A stretch of 64,000 nt of DNA from an uncultured Nitrososphaerota archaeon (GCA_963842885.1 CAWJIE010000003.1:512459-576458); one strand, 5' to 3'. Numbered from the stretch's first letter, positions 20,888 to 30,401 are shown. Numbers and translations: made by a program. Notes: generated by a model from the letters alone, not told the origin.

Positions 20888-21004
20888 TGGAGCCTACGTC
20901 AAAGGCGTACTCTACCTTCTTTCCTGACGATTGGTCAGCTGACATAGCTGACGTCCCAGCATAGACGGTTCCGATTCCGCCCTTCATTGATGAGCCCAGC
21001 TTCG
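20888..21004 (-). repeat. Second copy of the gene B upstream region
   Basis: taccttctttcctgacgattggtcagctgac...ttcattgatgagcccagcttcg aligns with 10271-10384. Confidence 0.75.
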
Positions 21005-21039
21005 TAGCACATGCTTTTCAGTGAGCTCGTGCATATCCA

Positions 21040-21582
21040 GTGATGATGACGAAACGATCCATCCTGGTACTCGACTGCACGCTGAAGGGTGAACCGAGCG
21101 AGGGGAAGCTGCTCAAGCAGTTCTTCTCCATCTGCCGCCTCTTCAAACCGGCCAAGGCGAAGGCCGTGTGCTATTCCGTGAGAAGCAAGTCGGAGCTCCT
21201 CAGCAAGCTCGATACCGGCAAGAGGTACGACATCATCCACATTTCGGCCCATGGATTGAAGGAGGGGCCGCGCGATGCGACCATAGGCAACGGCAGCACC
21301 TGGGAGGTATCGGCGGAGGAGATAGATGGGCTGGACCACACGGCGAAGCTGGTGTTCCTCAACGCCTGCGTGAGCGACACCAAGAAGATGGCCGAAGCGT
21401 TCAACTCGGACTACTTCATCGCGCCCTCGACAGAAGTCAGATGGGATGACGCCGCCATGTTCTCGCTCATGTTCTACAAGAGGTATGTCGTGGACGGCGT
21501 GAGCATGAAGAACGCGTTCCAGTTCGCGAGGTCCCATACGAAGACCGGCAAGGACTACAAGAGCTATTGGTACACGAAGTGA
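21040..21582 (+). CDS. Stand-alone CHAT (caspase-like) protease domain protein
   Basis: DIIHISAHG (His-Gly) and LVFLNAC (Cys) catalytic dyad motifs. Confidence 0.8.
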   Translation: MMMTKRSILVLDCTLKGEPSEGKLLKQFFSICRLFKPAKAKAVCYSVRSKSELLSKLDTGKRYDIIHISAHGLKEGPRDATIGNGSTWEVSAEEIDGLDHTAKLVFLNACVSDTKKMAEAFNSDYFIAPSTEVRWDDAAMFSLMFYKRYVVDGVSMKNAFQFARSHTKTGKDYKSYWYTK

Positions 21583-21599
21583 CTCCGAATCAGGCTTCG

Positions 21600-21772
21600 C
21601 GTTCATCTTGGTGGGTTTCGTGCGTCTAGTCCTGATGATGGCGTTGATCGGCTTCCTGCTCTGCCCGCCGTTCTGGCTCTACGGCATCTACGACATATAT
21701 GCGTCCGCGAAAAGAATCAACGCCAGCACACTAAGACCTGACTGACCATAACTCTAGGGAAGCAAGCTGGCG
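21600..21772 (+). pseudogene. 3' fragment of the Zn-ribbon/TM2 gene plus ~27 nt of downstream sequence
   Basis: FILVG...LIGFLLCPPFWLYGIYDIYASAKRINASTLRPD*; colinear with 43466-43638. Confidence 0.88.
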
Positions 21773-21781
21773 TCTCACCAT

Positions 21782-23374
21782 TCAAGCGGTGTCCGTCGGA
21801 GGATTTGGCTCGACCTTCTTCCTTATCTTGACCTTATCCATCTCCATCCCCTCCCAGACCGAGGTGTATCCCAAGGCGTCGAGTACTTCGTGCCCATCCT
21901 TCACTCCAGATGCCTCGATCATCTTCAGGGCATCGGTGAGCCTTTCGATCCCCTCCAGCTTCCAATCTATCTCGCCGAGCTTCGCTTTCGAGATGAAGCA
22001 CTCGCCAACCCTCACGTATCCTTCGGGTTTGAAGCCCTGCACGGCCATCCTTACGGACTCTACCGCAACGCCCCTCTCCCTTGCGATCTCGTCGAGGCTG
22101 ATGACGTCTCCCTTCAGGGCGACGGCTTCTCCCTTCAGCCTCTCCGCCTGCTCCCCGACGATGGAGGCTTCCACCTCCTTCAGGTGCTCGATAATGGGCT
22201 TCAGAGGGACCTCCTTCTTGTAGTATATCACCAGCGCCTTGCCCTTCAGCCTCTCGAGCTTCGAGCAGGCCAGGCTTTCATCCGCTGCGATGATCATGTC
22301 TATCCCTGAAATCGAGTTGAGCTTGCTTATCTTCCTCTCCAGATAGTCGGAGGTCCAGAAGCCAACCACCTCGAGGTACACCTTGGCACCATCCTTCTCG
22401 AAGCTGAAGTCTGGTATGAGCACGTGAGTGCCCGCTATCAGAGGCTCTGGCTCCCTTCTCAAGGCCCATCCAGAACCGTACGAGAGGAACGACTTGGCAA
22501 ACCTCGCCTCAACGGTGCTGTCATAGAGGTTGGTCGGAGGTCCTTCGCCAAACGTTTCCCGTGAAGCATCGACGATCCCCTTCAGTTCATCGGCATCGGC
22601 CTCGAACGCGTATACCCTTCCTCCTCTGCTCCTCGTAAGGATTTCAGCTTTGATGCGCCACGACTCCGACGCCACTATCTGAGGAAGGAGCTTCGCGATC
22701 GACGTGCCATAGCGCTCCGTCATCTTGAAGAGCGAAAGAGGACCATCGAGAGAGACCCTGTAGCCTCCGTGGTCGCCATCTTCCCTCTCCACCGAGTATA
22801 TCAAGCCCAGCCTCTTCACATCCCTGAAGATGTTCTTCCAATTCCCAGAGGCGGAGAACTCCAACCTGAGCGACTTGAAGAGGAGCGTCTGCGTCAAGGA
22901 GAAGTTGTAACGCCTGAGAAGCACATCGGAGTCGAGAGGTTCGAAGGCCTTGAGCATCAGCTCCTCCTCTATGTCGCTGAAGAGGGTCCTCTCCAGATCC
23001 TGTTGAGGAACGCCCAACCTCCTTGAGGCCCTTTGGATTACATCTTCCCTCTGTTCGGGGCTGGTCGCCCTCGCCTTGCTCGCCTCCTCGAAGACGGCCA
23101 TCCTCGCCTCTCTCGGATTCAGCGCGCTTTGAGCCTCGAAGGTGCACCTCCTTTCAAGGAGGGCAGACAATCCTCTGACCAACTTGAAGTCGTGGCCCTC
23201 ATCCTCCACCGCTCTCAACCTTTCGAGGAGCTCTCCCTTCCTCCTTCCCATCCCATCTCTGAATATGCCCGTGATCCTTTCAGCCAGCGCCAGGGTATCG
23301 ACATCCAGGCTCACGTAGATGGGTCGTATCTTTCCCCTTGAGACCTTCGCCCTCAACAGGTTCGACGGAAGCAT
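21782..23374 (-). CDS. bax1: DUF790 / Bax1 endonuclease
   Basis: LDGPLSLF...RYG, YDSTVEARF, REPEP...IPDFSF...YLEVVGFWT; directly downstream of XPB. Confidence 0.9.
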   Translation of the reverse strand: MLPSNLLRAKVSRGKIRPIYVSLDVDTLALAERITGIFRDGMGRRKGELLERLRAVEDEGHDFKLVRGLSALLERRCTFEAQSALNPREARMAVFEEASKARATSPEQREDVIQRASRRLGVPQQDLERTLFSDIEEELMLKAFEPLDSDVLLRRYNFSLTQTLLFKSLRLEFSASGNWKNIFRDVKRLGLIYSVEREDGDHGGYRVSLDGPLSLFKMTERYGTSIAKLLPQIVASESWRIKAEILTRSRGGRVYAFEADADELKGIVDASRETFGEGPPTNLYDSTVEARFAKSFLSYGSGWALRREPEPLIAGTHVLIPDFSFEKDGAKVYLEVVGFWTSDYLERKISKLNSISGIDMIIAADESLACSKLERLKGKALVIYYKKEVPLKPIIEHLKEVEASIVGEQAERLKGEAVALKGDVISLDEIARERGVAVESVRMAVQGFKPEGYVRVGECFISKAKLGEIDWKLEGIERLTDALKMIEASGVKDGHEVLDALGYTSVWEGMEMDKVKIRKKVEPNPPTDTA

Positions 23375-23380
23375 CGCCAG

Positions 23381-24838
23381 CTACCTCCCTGCCGTCTTCC
23401 CGACCGCCCGATCCCCTTCTCCGTCATCATCGCCGTAGCCACTCCCTCCCTGGGATCCGTCCCCAGCTCCTTCTGTGCCAGCTATCTCCCTCCCTCTCCT
23501 CCTCCTGCTGCTGGTCCCCGTCTCCGATGTCTCCCTCGATACGAGCTCTATCAGCCTCGCCTGCCCCTTCCCCTCGCTCTTCCTCAACAGCCTCCCCAGG
23601 CGCTGGATGAACTCCGTCGAGCTCCCTGTCCCGCTCATTATTACGCCAACCGAGGCCTCCGGCACGTCAATTCCTTCATCAAGCACCTTGGACGTGACGA
23701 TCGCCCTGAACCTCCCCTCCCTGAAACCTTTCAATACCTCATACCTCTCCTCCTTGTCCGTCGTGTGAGTTATGAATGGCAGCAGGAACCTCCTCGATAT
23801 CCTGTACACGAGCTCGTTGTGCTGGGTGAAGATCAGTATCCTTTCGTCCGGGTTTTCGCGCAGCACCTCCTCGAGCCTCTCCATCTTCGCCTGGGAGTTG
23901 AATGCGATGCTCACAGCCCTGTTCCTGGCGAGCAAAGCCCGCCTCGCCTGAGGGTCCCTCCCCGTCCTCATTATGAACCTCTGAAAGTCCAGTGGCGACC
24001 TGAGCCATATCCTGTTGCCCTCCAGGTAGTCGGCGAAGACCCTGTAGTTCCTTTCATATTCCTCCTTCTCCCCCTCCGTCAGTTCGACGTTCACCCTCTC
24101 GATGGCGTAATCGGAGAGGTACCTTCCCGCGAGGTCCTCCGGCTTGAGCCTGTACACGACGCCCCCGATCAGCCTTGGCAGTTCGAGGTGGAGGAGGTCC
24201 TCCCTCTCGTAGGTGGCCGTGAGGCCCATCCTGTACGGAGCCGTGAACATCTCTGCGATCTGCCTGAAGCTTTCGGCGGGCAAGTGATGCACCTCGTCGA
24301 AGATCAGGAGGCTGAACCTGTTGCCCAGCTCTCCGGCCCTGATGTAGGCCGAGTCGTACGTGCATATCGTCACCGCCTTGACCGTGCTCTCGCCTCCTCC
24401 GTACGCTCCGACCTCGATGCCAAGTTGCCCCTCGACCCTTCCTCTCCACTGGCCGAGCAGGTCCAGGGTGGGGACGATCACGATTGCAGGCTTGTTAACG
24501 AGCTCCATGGCCTTCATCGCAATCACGGTCTTCCCGGCGCCCGTCGGCAGCACTATGGCCCCCCGCCTCCCCGCCTTGTCCCAGGAGTCGAGCGCCCTCT
24601 TCTGGTACCCCCTCAGGGTTACGCCTTTGCACCTGAGGTCGGGGCACGGAGGGAGGTCCTCGACGTCGTCCTCGATCGCTGACAGGTCGCTCTCCTTCAG
24701 GAACTCGACTATCTCCCTGTAGTACAGGGCCTGGGCCCTGAACGCCCTGACCCTGTCGTCCCAGGTCGAGTGGGGGACCTTCGCCTCTCCCCTTATCAGG
24801 ATGGTTCCCCTGTCGTAGGATAGATGGGTGGGCTGCAC
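23381..24838 (-). CDS. xpb: XPB/Rad25-type DNA helicase
   Basis: VLPTGAGKT, DEVHHL, GLTATYER, LDEGIDVP, QRLGRLLR; probable start GTG 24838. Confidence 0.93.
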   Translation of the reverse strand: MQPTHLSYDRGTILIRGEAKVPHSTWDDRVRAFRAQALYYREIVEFLKESDLSAIEDDVEDLPPCPDLRCKGVTLRGYQKRALDSWDKAGRRGAIVLPTGAGKTVIAMKAMELVNKPAIVIVPTLDLLGQWRGRVEGQLGIEVGAYGGGESTVKAVTICTYDSAYIRAGELGNRFSLLIFDEVHHLPAESFRQIAEMFTAPYRMGLTATYEREDLLHLELPRLIGGVVYRLKPEDLAGRYLSDYAIERVNVELTEGEKEEYERNYRVFADYLEGNRIWLRSPLDFQRFIMRTGRDPQARRALLARNRAVSIAFNSQAKMERLEEVLRENPDERILIFTQHNELVYRISRRFLLPFITHTTDKEERYEVLKGFREGRFRAIVTSKVLDEGIDVPEASVGVIMSGTGSSTEFIQRLGRLLRKSEGKGQARLIELVSRETSETGTSSRRRRGREIAGTEGAGDGSQGGSGYGDDDGEGDRAVGKTAGR

Positions 24839-24956
24839 TGCGCCCGATGTCGTCGGCTCAGGATTTAATTTTATCCGTAACACAGGAGCTTCAGGGAAAC
24901 GCCGGCGGTGCGCCCCTTCGGCGGCTGATGTGCCCTCCCGCACAAGGATGCTTCAA

Positions 24957-26621
24957 TCACGACATGTAGTCCAGCAGCGTGTGCTCCTTCCCCTTATCCA
25001 CCGTTTCCTGGCTTCGAGGCCTTCCTTCGGCGCCCTTCATGTCCCTGATTATCTCTCCCATCCTCTTCTCCTTTCTGACGGTGCTGTAGAGGTAGGATTC
25101 GTCCACGGTGCCCTCCGCTACGAGTATCACCACCCTCCCCGGCATGGTCCTCCCCGTCCTCCCCTTCCTCTGAATGGACCTGACCTCCGAAGGGACCGGC
25201 TCGTAGAATACGACGAGGTCCACGTCCGGTATGTGAAGGCCCTCTTCGCCTATGCTGCTGCTGACGAGCACGTTGAACTCCCTTCCCTCCCTGAACTTCT
25301 CCAGCATTTCTGTCTGCAGCTTCTGGCTCATCCCCCTGTCCCTCTCGCTCTTCGTAGTCTGCCCGACGAACCTCAGCGCCTTGGCCTCCTTCAAAGGGGA
25401 AAGGACGGAGAGGATGGACTCTATCGTATCCCTGTACTGGGTGAAGACCATGATTTTGGAGCTCTCCTTCCTCTCCAGCTGCTCTCCGACTATCGACTTC
25501 ACCTTCTCCAGCTTCGGGTGCTCGACCCTGAGCTTCTCGGCCTGCCCCTGCGCCCTCTGCCACCTCTCGTCGCGCAGCAGCGCCCTCGAAGATTTGTTCC
25601 TCCCCTCTCCCAGGCTTGAGAGGTAGCTCTTCAGGGTGCTCGCTCCCTGCGTCTCCATCAGCTCTATGGCATGGAGTATCATCACCGCCTGGGCCTGCGC
25701 CAGGAGAGCCCCGAAGAGCATCCCCGCGTAGTTGCTGTTCCTTTCCGCGCCCTTCAGCCTGGAGAGTATATCCGCCCTCGACTGCAGTAGCGCCTTCTTG
25801 GAGGGCTCCTGGCCGCGCTTCAGCTGGAGGAGGAACCCCATCCTCTTCAGCTTCGATACCTTTTCCGAGTAGATGTCCTTCAGCTGGGCGATGATGACCT
25901 TGAACTCTTCGGGGAGCCTCACCCTCACCCACTGCACCTTTGTCTCCTCCACGTACTCCCTCACGTCGCCGTCCTCCTCGGTCCTCGCCTCCACGTTTTC
26001 TATGTGCAGGTTCTGCACTATCTCCGAAATCCTCTCCTCCGACCCGCCGGGGGAGGCGGTGAGGCCGAGGATCAGCGGATGGAGGGCCTCCTCCGTGTAG
26101 CGCCTCGCGAGCTCGGTGTACGAATAGTCCCTGACGCACCTGTGGGCCTCATCGAATATCACGAGGACAAAGTCTTTCATGCTGGCTCTGCCTCCCCTGA
26201 CGTCGTTCAACATGGTTTCAGGGGTGGCGAAGGCAAACGTTACGGTGGGATCGGACCAGACCTTCCGTCTTTCATCCGCATCGGTCTCTCCTGTGAGGAG
26301 GGAGAAACGCTCGGCAGGGAGGGAGGCGAAGAGCTTCCTGAAGGTATCGCGGTGCTGGACCGCCAGGGGCTTCGTCGGAGCGAGGAAGACTATCCTCCCG
26401 GTGGACGGCCCCGCGCTGACGGCGTGGGCATCGACGAACTCCCGCAGCCTCGAATCGCATACGAGGGCTGCAACCATGGTCTTCCCCAAGCCCGTCGGCA
26501 ACACGACCAGCGTGTTGGACCTTGAAGCGGATGCGGCGATGTTGACTTGGTAATCCCTGGGCTCCATGGGGCCCGTCAGAAAGGAAGGGGCGGCAGCGCT
26601 CAACTCGCTCGACGCTTGCAA
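24957..26621 (-). CDS. hef: Hef/FANCM-like (ERCC4-related) helicase, no C-terminal nuclease
   Basis: PRDYQ, LPTGLGKT, DEAHR, GLTASPG, SIGEEGLHIP, IQRKGRTGR; only 554 aa. Confidence 0.9.
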   Translation of the reverse strand: MQASSELSAAAPSFLTGPMEPRDYQVNIAASASRSNTLVVLPTGLGKTMVAALVCDSRLREFVDAHAVSAGPSTGRIVFLAPTKPLAVQHRDTFRKLFASLPAERFSLLTGETDADERRKVWSDPTVTFAFATPETMLNDVRGGRASMKDFVLVIFDEAHRCVRDYSYTELARRYTEEALHPLILGLTASPGGSEERISEIVQNLHIENVEARTEEDGDVREYVEETKVQWVRVRLPEEFKVIIAQLKDIYSEKVSKLKRMGFLLQLKRGQEPSKKALLQSRADILSRLKGAERNSNYAGMLFGALLAQAQAVMILHAIELMETQGASTLKSYLSSLGEGRNKSSRALLRDERWQRAQGQAEKLRVEHPKLEKVKSIVGEQLERKESSKIMVFTQYRDTIESILSVLSPLKEAKALRFVGQTTKSERDRGMSQKLQTEMLEKFREGREFNVLVSSSIGEEGLHIPDVDLVVFYEPVPSEVRSIQRKGRTGRTMPGRVVILVAEGTVDESYLYSTVRKEKRMGEIIRDMKGAEGRPRSQETVDKGKEHTLLDYMS

Positions 26622-26676
26622 TACGTAGAGAAGCCCCTATTTTATCTTGGTGTGTGACTGGTCGTCCGGTTCGCGG

Positions 26677-26686
26677 CTAGACTTCG
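26677..26686 (-). repeat. 10-bp stub of the gene B 3' end (ctagacttcg)
   Basis: Exact match to the B terminus at a block boundary; short, so it could be chance. Confidence 0.4.
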
Positions 26687-26989
26687 GCTTCGAGTTGAAA
26701 GACGTCCAGCATTCTCCGACTCGGCCGGGCCGGAAGGGGTCCAGACCTATTATGGGTTCGAATACGCTTACTTCCTCTGCTTTGTAACCTAACCCTGCGC
26801 GGTCGGCGGGACTAACACCTGCGGGTCAAATCCCCGTATGGCTGGAGACGATTATTGCAGGTGAGTTGGGTAGGTGCCGCGTGTCTGTATTAAGGACCAC
26901 GGAGTCGGTTCCTACCAATCCCCCACATCATAATTAGGCCGGCGGAGGTCTCCGGCAGGCTTAACTATACAATCCGGGATAACCAATTC

Positions 26990-27169
26990 ATGGTAAGGGT
27001 GGAGGTCTACGAGGGTCCGAAGAAGATCAGTGAGATCGGCCTACCTGAGAAGAAGTTCGCGACCGGCTCGATTGGTTACTGGGCGAGCGAAAAGCTGGAG
27101 ATGAATGGTAAACGATACCAGTGCCAATTCCAAATGGTCGAAATTGGTAGCAAGCAGAAAAAGGAATAG
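26990..27169 (+). CDS. 59-aa basic, beta-rich small protein (missed by the ORF track)
   Basis: MVRVEVYEGPKKISEIGLPEKKFATGSIGYWASEKLEMNGKRYQCQFQMVEIGSKQKKE*; ttaactata box ~25 nt upstream. Confidence 0.75.
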   Translation: MVRVEVYEGPKKISEIGLPEKKFATGSIGYWASEKLEMNGKRYQCQFQMVEIGSKQKKE

Positions 27170-27404
27170 ATCAGACCCTAACGCAAGCAGATAGAGCCAA
27201 GGTCAGCAGAGCCGAAGTGATAGCGGTTTGCTAACTGGATCGTTCTCTCAGGCCGGGATAGGGACACAGGATGATATGTTCAAACAGGACTCCGATGACG
27301 CTGAAGTCTGTCGCGAAGTCTTATGACTCGCTTTCGTGTCCACCCTGCAGATGCAGATTTCGACATAGTCTTGGACGAAGCTTGTCGGCGCCTTGATTAT
27401 TGTC

Positions 27405-27492
27405 CTAGACTTCGATGGTGTCCTTGTCCTTGGGGTCCAGGGCCTTCTTCAGCTGCTTCGTGACCCAGTCGGAGTTCTCTCCGTTCTTCAGC
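27405..27492 (-). repeat. Gene B 3' fragment (88 bp)
   Basis: LKNGENSDWVTKQLKKALDPKDKDTIEV*. Confidence 0.92.
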
Positions 27493-27791
27493 ATCACCCC
27501 GGCGGCTTGTAGCCGCCTTCGGTCGTGTTATGGTCGGTCGCAGCCCTCCTGAAAGAGCTCGAAGGCCTCACCGTTCAGATAGAGATAATGCCTAATCCCA
27601 AGCGGGCCATCTGGATTGAAACCACAAGATCTATCGTCGACCGGCGATCTTGGCAGCTTCCGTCATGCACAGAGTGTACTCCTTTCTCGCTCCCGCTTTG
27701 AAGAAGACGGTGTCCAACGTGGCTTCTCCTTCCTTCGGGAGAGAAGCTTTGAGATTCTTCAGAAGCGGACGGCTACGGTTAATAGGTTGGA

Positions 27792-28202
27792 ATGACGAAC
27801 CTTCATTGGTTCGGAATGACCGCATACGCTTACGTTTTCGGACACGACGAAAAAGGAGTGGAGGGAGACCCGGAAGCGTCTCTCATCGGTCTAGCAGACG
27901 AAGCGAGAGGGGGAATGGGGGTTTGGAGACATACCCAGAGAGCGGGTGACCCTGACGGAGGTTTCAAGTTCATTGTCGCCTACAACAAGGAGCTGCGGGG
28001 CGAGTTCCAAGTTGTGAAGAAGACTGGACCACACGACGATACGTACCCATGGCACTACCATGTCCGTCCTGGAAGCGTCTGTCTTTACGGACTTAGGCGA
28101 CCATATACCGACCTGGTGAACCAGTTGCACTTCGCTCAAGGCGTCGAAAAGGAAGCGTATGACAACTTCATAAGAAGAGTGAACAAGGAGCCGCTGTATT
28201 AG
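27792..28202 (+). CDS. Hypothetical protein
   Basis: 136-aa ORF between two gene B fragments. Confidence 0.6.
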   Translation: MTNLHWFGMTAYAYVFGHDEKGVEGDPEASLIGLADEARGGMGVWRHTQRAGDPDGGFKFIVAYNKELRGEFQVVKKTGPHDDTYPWHYHVRPGSVCLYGLRRPYTDLVNQLHFAQGVEKEAYDNFIRRVNKEPLY

Positions 28203-28265
28203 TCATTTAAGTGGGAAGCATAGTGAAGTAGCTACCAAACAGTCCCTAGGGCCACGTTGGCCGTC

Positions 28266-28316
28266 CTAGACTTCGACTGTGTCCCTGTCCTTGGGGTCTG
28301 GGGCCTTCTTCGGCTG
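28266..28316 (-). repeat. Gene B 3' fragment (51 bp)
   Basis: ctagacttcgactgtgtccctgtccttggggtctggggccttcttcggctg. Confidence 0.9.
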
Positions 28317-28348
28317 GCCCCAAATCGGGAGATGGGGGGTTTCAGTGC

Positions 28349-28579
28349 CTAGCCTGGAGGATGCGCCGGCGCCTGCCAGGTCTGGTATGCGAGCCTCGGC
28401 GTCCCATCGGCCCTTATGAGGCCGACCTGATCGGTGTCTGAAAGGTCATGAAGCCACGCCCAACACAGCAGGCGCAGGTTCACCCCCTGTCCCGTGGTCA
28501 GACGCCCTGCGACCTAGGTCAGGAACTGCGCCTGACCCTCCTCGCCGCCGAAGTAGTCGCTCGCCGGCCAGCCCAGCTC
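28349..28579 (-). pseudogene. C-terminal remnant of a clan GH-A glycoside hydrolase-like gene
   Basis: ELGWPASDYFGGEEGQAQFLT*...WAWLHD...GLIRADGTPRLAYQTW, with an in-frame stop. Confidence 0.55.
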
Positions 28580-28699
28580 GCTAACCCCTCGCTGCCGCTA
28601 CTTTGGTTGAGTAGTACTGTGCATCTGTCCAGCGGTCAACCAAGGCTTAATGACTCAGTCTCCTCTCAGACCTTTCAGGACGAAAAAAAACAGGTCCCA

Positions 28700-29332
28700 C
28701 TATACTCTTGCCGCGATTTCGTCAACTTTCGATGGTGTCAAGCCCACGGTCCTGTACGCATCGGAGAGGGCCTTTTTGTTAAACAGCAGATTTGGCACTA
28801 CCTTCGGCTTCAACGCAGGAGCAGGCTTCTTCCTCAGGGAGCTACCACGCATTACACTGGCCGTAAGTGAGGGCAATGCCACCGAGGGCGCCGTTGTGCT
28901 TCCAGCGGCTGGCCCGAGGACCTTGGCGATAGCTCTGACGAAGTCTCGCATGTCTTGGATTTCTGATTCGAGTTCCTTCTTGAGTTCTTCGGACGAATCT
29001 TTTTCAAGTGCGGCCATTGTAACCCTGAGTTCCTCGATGTAGCCAATCACTAACACACGCCATCGATTGAGTAGTTTGCGTTCGGGATCATTCTTGTCGT
29101 ATTCATGGATAATCTCGCACATGTTGTACTGCCAGTCGTCCAACGCGGCAGCTTGCTCCGAAGCATCCTGTAACTTGTCGAGGCTTGTCTTTACGTTTCC
29201 TAACGAAAACTTTGCGCCAGCGTAGTCCGCGCTCAGGGAATCAATTTCTAGTGTTCTCTTATCGTATTTTATCAATTTCTTGCAACTAGACTTACCAAGA
29301 AACGACGCGATTGCGCTTGAAAGTTCACCCAT
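28700..29332 (-). CDS. Hypothetical protein (lower GC)
   Basis: 210-aa ORF with an AT-rich upstream box. Confidence 0.7.
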   Translation of the reverse strand: MGELSSAIASFLGKSSCKKLIKYDKRTLEIDSLSADYAGAKFSLGNVKTSLDKLQDASEQAAALDDWQYNMCEIIHEYDKNDPERKLLNRWRVLVIGYIEELRVTMAALEKDSSEELKKELESEIQDMRDFVRAIAKVLGPAAGSTTAPSVALPSLTASVMRGSSLRKKPAPALKPKVVPNLLFNKKALSDAYRTVGLTPSKVDEIAARV

Positions 29333-29401
29333 CTTGTAGATTAAAAGAGTTCTCTTCTATTAAGTCTGTCGACTTTCATCTGGCCGCTTAGGCTCCTGAC
29401 G

Positions 29402-29467
29402 GCCTCCCCTCCTCTGGTCTGACCGGGGGGTCTTGTCAGAGACCCTTCTTTCGTGAGCAGAAGAACA
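29402..29467 (+). repeat. 3' end plus downstream flank of the aldo-keto reductase gene
   Basis: gcctcccctcctctggtctga...cttgtcagagacccttctttcgtgagcagaagaaca matches 50320-50385. Confidence 0.9.
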
Positions 29468-29545
29468 GGAAGTTCAGTTGGGAAGGTTACCTAGTGATCC
29501 ATCAAGAGTTGTATGTAGTTATATCTGCTGACCTTCTAGACCATC

Positions 29546-30166
29546 ATGGAAGAGGTCGCAATCAGCCGAAAGCCTGCGGGTGTGGGGGATGCAGCTGCGA
29601 GCTACAACGCCATCAAGGAATTCGAAGGCAGGAAGTACACTGGAATGAGGGTTGGCGGTAGCCATAGCTGGTACTATCGGCAGGGGGAATGGAAGGAGAC
29701 GAAGGTCGCTCCTGACAGATGGCAATTTACCTACGCTGTGAAGAAACTGAGGAAATGGAACGCGCCCGAAGGATCAGGGGCTCCTGTGGGCACCGAATAC
29801 CACTGGTACATACTTGCCCGCCAGGATGTGCGGAAGCTCAATGCCAATGAATACACCACTTCCATGACGGGGGTGAAATACAAACTAGCTCATCGGCGAG
29901 CGGATAGTGAAGAATGGAGCGCGAGCGAGCGGGCCCAGCTCAGACGATTGATCAAGATATTCGAAGAGAATATCATCCAGCTGCGGCACGAGCTGGGGGA
30001 AGCGGAGAAGGAGCTGGGGGCGGTGCCTCGGGAAGCGGAACCCTTCGTCATGACGACAGATAAGCGACGGGAAGCGATGACCGGCGGCCGGAGGATCCCG
30101 CCGAGGGATTCGCCCCCTAGCGCCATGACAGCACAGCCGCCGCTTGAGATGTACATGGTGCCCTGA
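29546..30166 (+). CDS. Hypothetical protein, aromatic/basic
   Basis: YNAIKEFEGRKYTGMRVGGSHSWYY...APEGSGAPVGTEYHWYILA. Confidence 0.75.
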   Translation: MEEVAISRKPAGVGDAAASYNAIKEFEGRKYTGMRVGGSHSWYYRQGEWKETKVAPDRWQFTYAVKKLRKWNAPEGSGAPVGTEYHWYILARQDVRKLNANEYTTSMTGVKYKLAHRRADSEEWSASERAQLRRLIKIFEENIIQLRHELGEAEKELGAVPREAEPFVMTTDKRREAMTGGRRIPPRDSPPSAMTAQPPLEMYMVP

Positions 30167-30256
30167 GCAAGGGTTTGCTGCCTGAATCGCTCCTTCATAC
30201 CAGGATAGGGGCATAGGATGCTGTGTTCTCTCGTATTATCAAGAGAGCGGCGACCT

Positions 30257-30394
30257 GGGGTCGGGCGGTACTAGTACCTATCACGGGTTCAAGTCCTAAG
30301 AACTTGGTATGGGACTTGGGATGTCAGCGCATCTTTGCCAGTGAACCGTTGGACCTGCCAACAAAACCTGTAATACCGATATGCCCGTTTCATT
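30257..30394 (+). repeat. Element E copy 2
   Basis: ggggtcgggcggtactagtacctatcacgggttcaagtc...acaaaac...atgcccgtttcatt; arm spacing 106 bp. Confidence 0.8.
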
Positions 30395-30401
30395 CGACAG
30401 C

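Noticed and set aside
26790-26960. Possible structured RNA or tRNA-like sequence (gggtcaaatcccc)
   Set aside because: Could not fold it convincingly by eye; needs an Infernal or tRNAscan search
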